DNA of 64,000 bases from Lama guanicoe (lineage: Eukaryota), in NCBI GenBank assembly GCA_013239625.1, contig MU056000.1, positions 11,545,175-11,609,174 on the forward strand. Direction: 5' to 3'. Shown here piece after piece: positions 1 to 11,735 of the stretch. How positions within the stretch are numbered: the first letter of the stretch is position 1; the number at the start of each line of letters is the position of its first letter. The notes beneath the pieces are model-generated. The model saw only the letters and a list, made by a program, of their open reading frames with translations. It was not told the origin of the DNA and made no database searches. A program made the translations under genes and the position numbers.

Positions 1-1958
1 AGAGATATAGCTACACCCCAAGACTGATAAGTTCTATATTTGGATGAAAACTGTAACTCAGCCTTGCCTCTCAGGTTTCTTAAAGTGACATGGATGTACA
101 GATAAGCCACATTTTTCTGCTCATTACCCTCACAAATATTTTTTATTTAACTCAGGGCATCCGTTGACATAAAGGGATCTTTTGGTGATAGTTACCCCAT
201 AATTCCCTGTGTTCTTACGATACACAGATTCAGGCTTTTGACCCACAAAGGAATTTGGAGCATAATATAGGCACAAATAGAGCTATTTCTTCACAGTGGA
301 ATCAGACAAATGATGACTTCAGGGGAAATTACATTGGAGGAAGTCATCCGCCTCACATCAAAGGCAAATTAGAGACATAAATTATAAACCAAAGACCAGA
401 TAAAGCTGTGGGTTCATAGAAAGGAAACGTTTAGAGGTTTATGGAGGGATACATGTATAGTATTTCTTTCCAAAACAAAACAAAATTATTATCACAGAGG
501 TTTGCGTTTGCAAGCAGCCACAGCTGTATACAATATGTAAGTATGAGTCTCAGGCTCAAAAACCACTTTAAAATAGAGTTGGGGCCTGGCTTACATCCAC
601 CAACGTTTGGGTAATGTCGGGGTTATGCCAGATCTCCCAGCCACAGAACACTCCATGTGATGTCCAGGCTCCTTCACTCATCTCCTTCTTTGTGCTGGGT
701 TGTTTGATCATCAGTCACTTTGAATCTCTCCAAGCAGAAGGTCTGGAAAGCAGAAAATAGGGTTCAAGTCTCCACTTGGTATTGCGTTCTTATCCCTTGA
801 AGTAAGCTGTAAGCCGAGGGGTGGACCACCATACTTTCTATGTCTTTATCTTTGAAGGAATTGCACTTCAAATGAAGAAGAATCTGGAGAATGAGAATTC
901 TGAGTGAAAACGAATGGTGGTCTTCATCACTGCACTTTGGTGTGAATTAAGAGGGAGAAAAGATCAGAACAAAGAAAATCCAGGGAGTTCCCTGTCCAGG
1001 GGTGGTGGATTTAGAACAAAGGGAAGCCTTTGGTTATATCTAAGAAAATTCTATCTTTGAAATAGACCTAGAGGTTTTAATCCAGCTATGGTGATGAAGA
1101 CAGAAATACATTTTGCTGTGGAATTGTGTGCGAATAGATAACGCAGCTGAAGGAGGCTTCAAATTTGAACTAACAAATAATTACATACTGATTATACAAA
1201 TATTCTCTCTCTAGATTTATCATGTGCCTTTCCACATAAATGATGTATGGGCAAGTGGCAGGAAGTATTGTCTGCTTTGACCAATCTTTTAATTGGAGGA
1301 AAGTGACTGTGCAAGAAATTGAGATACTGGAGCCTGAATACCCAACGGTGAAAGGTATTTAATACGTAGCTATATATTATGCTTTGCTTGGTGTCAGCCC
1401 TACCTCCTCTTCACACCTGCTTTGTAATCCTGGGGAAGTAGTAACTTCCCTCCTTTCTTCTCTTCTGCCAGTTATATAAGAATATTACCAGAAAAAGTTA
1501 TAGAATTATGACTGTATCTTCAAGCTCTTTGAGAGTCACTGATACGCCCAATCAATACTTTCTATAATAATAAGGAAAATATAACATCTGCTTATATTTC
1601 ACAATGCTTTCAAAAAGATAGATTCATCACAGTTTCAACATCTTGATGTCTACGTAGCACTTCTCACCACAGACTAAACTGCCACCTAGTTAGTCCCATG
1701 ACTTTTCTTAGAGTTTCTATATTCTTTTTCTGATTTCCAAAATTTTCAGATCAAATTATGAAATATTGAGCATCTAATGAATGCAAGGCACTGTATACAA
1801 TATGGAATTCTGATGTAGACATATGTTGAGAAAGGATAATGGTTAAAGTTTACACACAAGTACAAGATACTGTTACTATGTTAGCAAATATAAGAAAGCT
1901 TATTTATAGCACTCTTCAAAGAATGAAGAAATAAAGTTTTGTCAAATAAAATAACTGC

Positions 1959-2001
1959 ATATATATATATACATACACATATATATAATATATATATATA
2001 T
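1959..2001. repeat. (TA)n microsatellite, interrupted
   Basis: Seen directly in the sequence. Confidence 0.9.
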
Positions 2002-2004
2002 TTG

Positions 2005-2135
2005 TATCTCGGACCTTAGCTTCCTTACCTATAAAATGGGGCAATAATCCCACCTAATTCCTAGAGTTGCTGTGAGGATTGGATGAGATAATACACATAA
2101 AGAATTTAGAAGGAGAGCCTAAACCATAATGAATG
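2005..2135 (+). mobile_element. MIR SINE
   Basis: Core ccttagcttccttacctataaaatggggcaataat...gttgctgtgaggattggatgagataat. Its tail resumes after the MLT1 (agtgctcaat, ~2970). Confidence 0.75.
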
Positions 2136-2969
2136 TGATTATGAGTTGAACTACGTCGGAGCCCCAATACCTCAGAATGTGACTATATTTGGAAATAGGG
2201 CCTTTAGAGAGGTAATTAAGTTAAAATGGGTCTATAAGGGTGGACCATAGTCCAGTCTGACTGGTGTCCTTGTGAGAAGAGATTAGGACACATGAGCGAG
2301 ACCTCATGGGCGCATGTGCACCGAGGATGGACATCCATAAGGCAAGAAGGGAGACCTGGAACAGAGCCTTTCCTTACCTATGACCGCTGACTGAAAAAAA
2401 GGTACAACCTAAAGTTGAAAATTGTATTTTATTCGGAGGATTTTTCTAAGGACTTAAGCCTGAGATGTGACGTCTCAGATTGCTCTGAGGGGCTGCTCTA
2501 AAGAGGCAGTGGAGGAGCCAGGATACATAGCAGTTTTTGCAGCCAAGACCAGGTAGTCGGAACATCAAAAGATTACTGTTAGTGAAAGAAAACCAGACAT
2601 CTCAAGGCAATGAATTTAGCGCTTTTCTATGTATGGGGAAATGCAGGCGCCTGGGCTCATTGAAGTGATCCCTCTGACATGCATTTTTACCCTCTAGGAC
2701 TAGTCTCTAGCTTCCCTCCTTCCTGAATCCCTCAGGGTGCACGGCTGGGGGCGGCTGCTGTGGCTCAGGGCTTTATGGCTGCAACTTCCTTTGTTTACTG
2801 ATGTGGCTGGCAATATTTTTCAACCACAGGAGCATCAGAAGAAACCAACTCTACTGGCTCCTTGACTTTGAACTTGCAGTCTCCAGAACTGTGAGAAAAT
2901 TAATTTCTGGTGTTTAAGCCCCACCTGGTCTGTGATATTTTGTTATGGCAGCTTGAGCAAACTAATTCA
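2136..2969 (+). mobile_element. MLT1A/B-type MaLR LTR (interrupted at 2385-2828)
   Basis: cccaatacctcagaatgtgactatatttggaaatagggcc ... ccagaactgtgagaaaattaatttctggtgtttaagcc...gttatggcagc...aaactaat. Confidence 0.85.
2385..2828 (-). mobile_element. Solo ERV1 LTR (MER41-like) nested in an MLT1
   Basis: The minus strand has ctcagagcaatctgaga and AATAAA (plus-strand tttatt at ~2428). It splits an MLT1 into two colinear halves. Confidence 0.8.
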
Positions 2970-5469
2970 AGTGCTCAATGTACTTTTGCTATACAGAGAT
3001 GAGAAGGGCAGGGAGGGAAAAATGAATGTGTACCCAGAACACTACAGAATGAAGGACATGGCTGCAGCTTCCCCCTTGAGCTGACCTCCCTGGATGACCT
3101 CAAGCAGCTGCATCTTTCTGGCACCAGAACAGTGTCATTAGATCGTCTTCTTAAGTCAGTGAGGAGATTCTGGGAAGATCGCAGCTACTTGCAGGGAGAT
3201 GAAAGCAAAGCATCCTTATCGGTATCAATTTATTGACTCATTTTGGAAGGAGACTGAGCTTCAAATCATACCAGAAGGATTACACAAAACAAAAGGAGCC
3301 CTCATTCCCCCCAGGGCTGTTGTCCATTTGCAAGTGTATAAATCAATAGTGCATTTCCACATGCCTTGTTTCTTTTATGAATGTCTTGATTTCTCCAGGC
3401 CAAAAAAAAACTTATTAGAATCCAGAGGAAAATGCAACAAGCCTGGACAGTATGCCTTGGCAGCGGTTCCCAGGGACATAGTCAGTGCAATCATTAGGCA
3501 ATACGTTCTCGGTAAGTCACCAACATTGGGAAATGTTTGCAAATGTGTGATTCCTTACTACAGACCCAGTCTGCTGATAGGTGTCATTCTCCAGTGACGT
3601 CCAGAAGGCAAGGGAAACGTGGCTCAGACTTCTATGCCTCTGCTGTGTCATCTCAAAAACAACAATGGCAAAAATCCCACAGAGATCGAATAGTATATTG
3701 CTGCCAGTATCTGGATCTTTTTACTGCTAAATGTACTCTTTCTCCTTTGCTTGTGGCATAGTTTTAAAATCACGTAGTGCAGCTTATGTTTAGGAGAAAT
3801 CAGATTATATCTCTATATCCTGAGTCAGAACCCAAAAGCCCGTTGGTTAGCACTGGACTGCCACAGGCTAGGTATGTGACATTTTAAGTACTTCATTAGT
3901 CTGGGACCGTGTTCCCTGGGGCTTTTGTCTAACGAAGGGTATTATGGGTACTTTCCAAATATTCAGTTGTTTTAAATCATTGTTATTAAACATAAGCAGG
4001 TTGTATAAGGAAGAGAAGCCTATGGTTTTAGATCATACCTTTGAAATCTTCCAGTCCAGGAGTGGAAAATAGGTTTTGTTTCAGTTAACCTGTACCAATT
4101 AATCATAGCTAACTGGAGCATGATGTGGAAAATGTCCCAAGGTCAAGCATGGGCTCAACAGGAAATCATGCGATGATTGATACTGATGTCTGTTGTGGGC
4201 ACAAGATTGGAGAGAGGTAGAAAAGACATGCTAGGTATTTTCTGCCTCTAAATCTAATAACTTTCTTCTTATAGATGAGGAAACTGAGCTTCAAAAACGT
4301 TAAATGCTTCTCTCAAGATGACGTAATTAGCTAGCAAAAATGCCAAGGTCAGAATCAATACATCTTGACTCCCTTCCTACTACACCATTGAAAAAAGTCC
4401 TGGAAGCATGAATATACTTAGTAACCAGATGGTAACGCTGGTCTTCATTCTCTTCATTCGCCAATGAAGCTGTAATGCAGAAAGCAGTGCTAAAAGCCTC
4501 CACTCCCTAACACAGATACATCCATCCTCCCCTCAAGGGCGTGCTTACTTTGCATTTACTTAGAGATTTTACTCCTGAGACTATTTTCATGTCAGGAATT
4601 CTGAGAAAAAGTTTGCCTCTAGGTACTATTTAGTCATCTGTCAACTGAGTAAAGTGATACCTGAAGTCTAAATTTTGCATCTTGAATTTAAGTCTTTAAG
4701 GCCCTTTGCATTCTTTTTTTTTTTTTAACATTTTTTATTGGCTTTGAGTTCTTGACAAAAAACAATCCAAAAATGAAAATTTCTTTTGTTATCAATATAC
4801 TAGAAATAGATTAGAAAATATTAATGCACTCATGTAAACATAAAATGTTCTGCACTTGAATTTGGAAATCTATGGGGGAAATTTTTTGAGAAAAGATAAA
4901 AACAATAGTGAACCTTTTTGAAGGAACAAGAGCAAGGAGTTAAATTCTAATTCCTTGTAGCAATTATCTTTCCCCTTGGGGAAGGACGTTAAGAACTTTT
5001 GTGCCACAATGCCATCTATTTTTTATTGCGCCAATGAACAAGTACATCTTTCCAAACTGCCACTATTCATCGCTTTTAAATAAGAATAGATGAGTTTGAA
5101 AAGATATGAAGATTCATTAGTTCCAGTTCTAAATATTGCAGGTGAAATTATTTCCATCCACTGCAGCCTAGAGCAGACTCAGTGAGGAGTCACAAAATAC
5201 CCTTGAAAATTGTATTTTCAAAGAAACATGGCCACTGTTTGGACAAATGTAAAGTCAACATGGCACGGGCCCTCTGTTCATTAACCCCGCCTCCTGTGCC
5301 TCCTGCAGATAAAGAATGACATTTGACCACGCATGAAGGGGTCCTTGCTATAAATGGAGAATAGCCAAAAAGTTGAGCGAGGTGGAGTTTGATATTGATA
5401 AGAGCGTTGAAACGATGTTCTGTAGTTAGTAGAAAAGTACTATTAAGATCCACTTTCTTTCAATCACTT

Positions 5470-6455
5470 TATCCATGGAAAAAATAATCAGTAGTCAATC
5501 TAAAAAGGAAATGGAAAATTTTATTTGCACAAAACTGAGGCTTATAACCCAGGAGATGGTCTCTCAGAGAGCTCTGAGAACTGCTCCAAAGGGGTAGTGT
5601 GGGAGGGCGGTATGCATGTGATTTAGTGAAGGGGGTCCACGCAGTCAAGCACGCATCTAGGCAGAAGGTTGCTGCAGCTAATGGTCTTAGTGTTTTTCTA
5701 AGTATGGGAAGACGCAAGAAGCCAGGCTCAGAAAATATTTCTGTTGAAAGTTTCTAACTGTCTGAAGGTCTGCTCTGTCCGTTTGCTCAGAGCGCAGAAA
5801 CTCATCCTGATCTGGATCTCAATCCAGAATTCCTTTCATGGTGCACTGCAGGCCAGTGACTGCAGTGGCTAATGACTTAATTCTTACTGAACTGGATGGT
5901 GGGCAACATTCTTTATAATCCCTTCGCTTTTGGTCTTAATTTTGACCAAGATTTGGAAGGCATTTCATGACTAATTTGTTCCATGACACCAGGAATGCTC
6001 AATCCCAGGTCAAGGAAGGAATTCATTGATGAGCCACCTGATGTGCAATTACTAGACTAGGCCTTGTTAACAGTAGCCCCAAATCTCTGGATGCTCTGTC
6101 TTACTAGCCTGTTATGGTCCAGGAAATGGTTCTCTCTTGCTGCTTCTTCCCATATCTAGATTTACACTATTACAATCATTGATCTTATAGAACTATGCAT
6201 TTGACCAGTCGCTTCAAGTTCCATAGTCATTAATTTAATCTGAGGCTCAGTCACATATTTGGTAGAGCAAGAAACAATAATCTTATAAAATAGGCAAAAT
6301 ATAAATAATATAGCTAGTAATATTAATAAGGTCATAAGTAAGATTTAATCTACGAACTTCCATTAAGTGCAGCCCAGTATCTCCCCAGTCGTCTGACCAG
6401 CCTGTTCTGCACTGTCTTTAAGGGAAATGAGATATTGACATTGTAGATAAAGTTC
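5470..6455 (-). mobile_element. ERV1 3' LTR (~5470-5918) with attached internal 3' fragment (PPT, env TM remnant)
   Basis: The minus strand reads a hydrophobic LLMTLLILLAILFIFCLFYKIIVSC (~6340-6270), then a 3' region similar to 63165-63230, a purine tract aaaagcgaagggat, and an LTR with gagcagttctcagag...ggttataagcctcagttt...AATAAA. Confidence 0.8.
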
Positions 6456-8574
6456 AGCAAAAACGTCTGTATGTACAGAGTGAATGGTGGGTCACTGTGA
6501 CCCCTTCCAGGACTGAGAAAGGAATGTTATCTTCTGAGGAGTCAGATGGCTGGGGCCAGAAGGGGGAAAAAAAAAGATCTTTATGGTAGATCAGGTATTT
6601 TTGCCATTGGGGAGGTCCGGTCAATGCATAATACAGATGCACAATGCACACCAGAGGGGAGGGAGGATCCCCAAGTGTGCAGGAAAAAATTATGCTAAAA
6701 TTTTTCTTGCCTTGCCTTAAAATGTGGATTTTTATTTCATCAACATTAACCTCCAGAAGATAATAACGGAGGCAGTGTTTACTCTTGGGGAAAAGCTGGC
6801 ATGAGGAGCCATGAGTTCTAATGAGCACCTATCTGTCCAGCATTGTGACTGGTGATTTACATTTGTTAACATATTAATTGTCACAACAGCCCAGAGGGAT
6901 AGATGGCCGAAGTGGATTGAAGTAGTTCAGTGCCCTAGAAATGTGAGTGGAAATGCCCCCTTGACTCCCTTCTATTAGGCCAAGCCAGAGGCTGTTCTGA
7001 GCCATGTTTGGTGACCAAGCCATATCTCTCAGCATCCCAAGTCTTTTGAAATTTTTCTTTCAAAATAGCCAAACCTCTACCATGGCAGCCATCTGGTCTA
7101 CCTCCTCCACCACATGCCCAGCCCCTGAATAGGAATACTTAATTCTCCCGTACACAGGAAGTGCTAGTCCTACATACTTTCTTGGGGTGGTGTTTTGAGC
7201 TTGTCTGATAATGAAAAAAAATATGAAAACAAATAAGACACAGTAAGAATAAGGCACAACTGGAGAGGGACTACTGGGCCTCACTTACTACATTGACTTC
7301 ATCTTGCCCTTCACTAGGCTTTGTTGCTCATATGGCTGAGGGCAAGAACTGTGTCATGCAGCCTGAATCCCCATGGCATCCAGCCTGATGCCTTGCACAC
7401 AGTAGGCGCTCTGCAGTTGTGACTAGAGTGACCAACTGATTAAATGAATTAATGGGCGAACAATAGCTCACTGATGGGGTGACCTCAGCTGCCAATCCTT
7501 CCCTCCCTTTTACTTACCCTTTAGCATGTGATCCACTTCCCTTCCCTCTTCTACTGCCCACCTGACCTGCCCTCCACTGTGTCGCCCTCCACAGATCGAC
7601 ATGCTACAGTGTAACGAGGGGCCAAACAGAATGACTCAACGCGGTATTACGTCTACATTGCCTGTGACCTTGCTCCTTCGTTATTTGCTCATTGCCAATC
7701 TGAGTGACTCAGCACCTGGCTTAATGGAAGTAGTGTTTATAGTGTATATAATGCTTCACATGGATATATATCTTTATATAAAATAAATTTTTAAAACCTC
7801 TTCCACAGCCTCTCATTTCCTTGACACAGGACCTTCTGGGGCCAGCAAGATGCACCTCATGGGTCTTATAGGAAGTAAAGGTGACTTAACCACACAGCTA
7901 GTTAAGCTGGTTAGTCATGTCCCAATATTCCTTTCACTGGACCACCAATCTCTTCTTCTGTTGCTGGCTGACCTTGTTGCTGTCCTCGAGGAAAAGGCTT
8001 ACCACTAATGATGCAGTTGTAATATAGTAAAATGGATGCTGATAAACCTGACCATGGCTTCTAAAAGTGCACTCTGGTGGATTTTTTAGCTCACTGGCTT
8101 TGAAGTACTTGTGGAAGCATATTTTTGTTATGAACAATTACCTGAACTAATTAATACTTTTAAAATCCCACCTCACTGAAATCTCATCAAAAATGAACAC
8201 TCCCCATTCATTCATTTGTGAGGATTTGGGGGGGTGGAGGTAGCATAAGAACCAAGTATTGTAGAGGCTTCTAGAGGTCTTCTGCTCCAATGAAGTGTCC
8301 ATTCCTGAAAATGTCCTTAGAGCAATTATTCAGTTGGCATGGCTGGAGCCCCCAGACCAGGTAAGCAGCTGACGACCAAGGCGATCCCTTTTGCGAGATG
8401 AGGAAGTTTGTCCCAGAAGAAGTGATGGGTAAAAGGATGTTCAGTGGGAGAAAGAGGAGAGATACAGTAAAGACATGGGCAGAGGGATGTTGAATTGTTG
8501 GGTCCAGTAGGGTACCAATTTGCTATACACATCTGTAAGAACCACGTGGACCATTAGGCATTGTTTTTTATTTA

Positions 8575-8813
8575 ATTTTTTTGCCCTTTTAAAAAAAATT
8601 GAAGTATGGTCAATTTACAACATTGTATCAATTTCTGGTGTGCAGCATAATGTTTCAGCCATACATATACACAATATATTCCTTTTCATATTCTTCTTCA
8701 TACTAGGTTACTTCAATATATTGAATATAGTTTCTTGTGCTATATAGTATAAAATTATTGTTTATTTATTTTATATATAGTAATGTGTATCTGCAAATCT
8801 CAAATTCCCAATT
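8575..8813 (-). mobile_element. L1 3'-end fragment (lineage-specific, cetartiodactyl-like)
   Basis: aattgaagtatggtcaatttacaacattgtatcaatttctggtgtgcagcataatgtttcag...ttgaatatagtttcttgtgctatatagta is the reverse complement of a typical L1 3' UTR with a T-rich tail. Confidence 0.8.
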
Positions 8814-8894
8814 TAGTAACTCTTTTAATTATTTAAAAGTCATTTTCTTCTGAATCCATTTTCCTGTGTGTCAGGAGGGTAAACTGACAAATTT

Positions 8895-9075
8895 ACTACT
8901 TGTTAGCTATGTGACCCAGGAAAAAGTTTTTAATTTCTCTGAGCCTCATATTTCCACTTTTGTGAAATAGAGAGATATTGACCTGCCACACAGCATTGCT
9001 GTGAGGACAAAATGAGATGATCTATATAAAGTATCTAGGACAGTGCTTGGCACAGAACAGTTGCTCAGTAATTTA
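8895..9075 (+). mobile_element. MIR SINE
   Basis: ttagctatgtgacc...tctctgagcctca...gctgtgaggacaaaatgagatgat...cagtgcttggcaca. Confidence 0.8.
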
Positions 9076-9205
9076 TTGTCTGGTGAATTTTCAGGGGCTT
9101 CCATCCCTTATGCCAAACATACATATTTCCAATAAATGTCTTGATCCCCAAGGTCCTAATCTCTTGGAAATACTCTTGTAATCTTCTCTTCAGTCTGTAG
9201 ACACA

Positions 9206-9372
9206 ATTAGATAGACGATAGATAGATAGGTAGATAGATATAAATAGATAAATAGATAATAAATAGGTAGATATAGAAACGAAAGATAAATGGATAGATG
9301 AGTAGAGAGACATGGAGAGAGAAATATACATACATGCATACACTGATGGAGAGATGGGGAGAGAGAGAGAGA
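9206..9372. repeat. Degenerate (TAGA)n followed by (GA)n
   Basis: Seen directly in the sequence. Confidence 0.85.
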
Positions 9373-11534
9373 CATGGGAAGATAAAGAATTGAAATATTG
9401 TTCTTGACTCACCTACATTTCCATGAGATGTCATAATTTAATGGCTCTGTATCCAAAGCCTGAGTAATTGCAAATGATGTTTGGACTTAGGAGGTTGCAG
9501 TGCAGGCCCTGGATATTTATACTTCCTTCTTGTTACTGAGTAATGAGACATCACAAGAAAATGGAGGTCATGGATAAAGAAAAAATTTAAACCTACTCAG
9601 ATACTAAAAATGGGCTCAAATAAAAAATGGAGATCAAAGAACGTATATTTCCCCCACTCTGTACATCCCCAACTCCACTGTAACTTCAATGAATGCTTCC
9701 TCCCCTCACCCCCACACCTCCTCTCCCTGCCAAAGGCACTCATGACCTCAGCTTTTACTGTGTATCTGGGAGCTAACTAAACTTACTGTTTATATGGAAC
9801 CTAGGGGAACTAAGGTTTACACTGAGTGTATAGGGGTAGGGGCTGTAAGGGGTAGGTTCCTGGAAGAAAGAGCATGGGAGGGCAGACTCCATCGACATGG
9901 GCAGCCTAGATGTCCTGGAATAACCACCCTCGTCTCATACACCTCAGACTGGGAAGAGTCTCAGGCAATGACATACTCATCAGCCATTATCAATGGACAA
10001 AGAAATGGCCGTGAAAACTTTGAAAAGAGTGGACCCAATATATGTTGCTGACTTGGAACAAACTTCAGACAGGATTTAATGCCCATTGATGGAATTGGCT
10101 CAGTTCTTCCCAGCCAGATCCCTGGGGAAAAAAAAAAATTCATTCCCAAACTTTTCCAGTATCAAGAACTCATTGTAGCCACGAAATATTTCATCCCCCC
10201 AACTCCGTATTTATAATTGTAGCTAAATTTTAGAAGACCTATCATGAACTTTCTGTGTATTAATTCAGTTCATGAGACGAAAAACCCAAGGCACAGGGAC
10301 ATGAAAGGAGCTTGCCCAAAGTCATGTCAGGGGGAGCTGAGCTGTGATTCAGGCAGCCTGGCTCCATAGTTACTGCTTTAAACAGCTAAGCCATCCTATC
10401 TCCTGACTGTAGGTGTACTTTTACTGCAAAACAAGTCCCAGGAGGACAGGAGTGTTCCATGCAGCAAGTATGATTTAAAAATTTTTAAATTCATATAGTT
10501 GAAAATATGGTGTATCTGCAGCATTATTTTTTCAGTCCACAAACATCACCTGAAGTAGCACATGGGTGTGCAGTCTCCTTATCATGACCTCCCTTGCCCT
10601 GGCAATGCGTGGGCAGACCCCTGCCCTCTGACCCCACGGCCCCGGAAGTTTATCATCTCAAGGCCTATCATACTCTTGGACATATACTTATGTCTGTATA
10701 TTGGTCCTGTCCTTGGGATCAGGGGCTGTGTCTTCTTCATTATTGAAATTCAAGTACCCACCAAGTCTTACCCGTAATAGGTGCTCAGTGAATAGTTTTG
10801 GAGTGAACGAATGCACAGTTCTGTATCCAGCTCCTCCCTGAGGGTATCAGCAAGTACAGTTGATTTGGAAACAACGGGCTTAGACTGTGTAATGGATGGT
10901 AACACCGGGTCTTTTGAGAGAGGACTCTCAAAAGAGAAGTAGGGCTGTGCAAGTGCTCCCCCTAGAGGGATCAGGATAAAAAGCATGACACAAAGTTGGT
11001 TCCAGGAGCCCTTTTCCAGGACCTCTGATAAAGCGGCTGTTTGGGGATGGTAACGGACATCATGGTCAGTGGGAGACGAGTGGTCAGTGTTAGCCAACGT
11101 TGCCATGGAGATGGCAGCGTCTTTGGCCAGTCCTGATCTGAGGCTGATGCAGGTCATGACTTTCATATGGAACCTAGGACGGAGTAAGAAACACCATCCC
11201 CAAGATCATGAGGACCACGCTGGCCGCCCAAAGGATGAACCAGATGGACCTGCGGTGTGGTCAGGCTGCCCAGGCTGCTGTCCCCCGACTGGCTGTGTAA
11301 CAGAGGTTTGCACTTTCAGGTCAGATTCTGGCCAACTCCCTGGGAAATTTGCCCTTACAGGCTCCTTCCAAGGGCAAGTTAGAAAGATTTCTAGAGGTGT
11401 TCTAGCCAGGAGTTATATAGGTGGAGATAAACATGACCTCCGTGGAAATTCCTAAATGAGTATTACAGCCATAACCAAACATACAGTTAATGAGTCTGTC
11501 TTATTCAGGAAAGCACCACGGTAATTCACGGAGG

Positions 11535-11735
11535 CGGTATGGCTTGGTGGTTAAAGGCATCAGCTTTGTAGTCAGATGGGCAAGGGTTTGCTCCCATCAA
11601 AGCCCTTTAATAGCATTTTGACCTCACTTGGGCAAATACATTCTCTTACTGAACAATTATTTGACAGGGTTGTTTTGAAGATTAAATGACAAAGTATCTA
11701 AAACAGTTAGTATAGAAACTGGCACATACTAAAAC
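11535..11735 (+). mobile_element. MIR SINE
   Basis: tggtggttaaaggcatcagctttgtagtcaga...cagggttgttttgaagattaaatga...ctggcacata. Confidence 0.65.
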
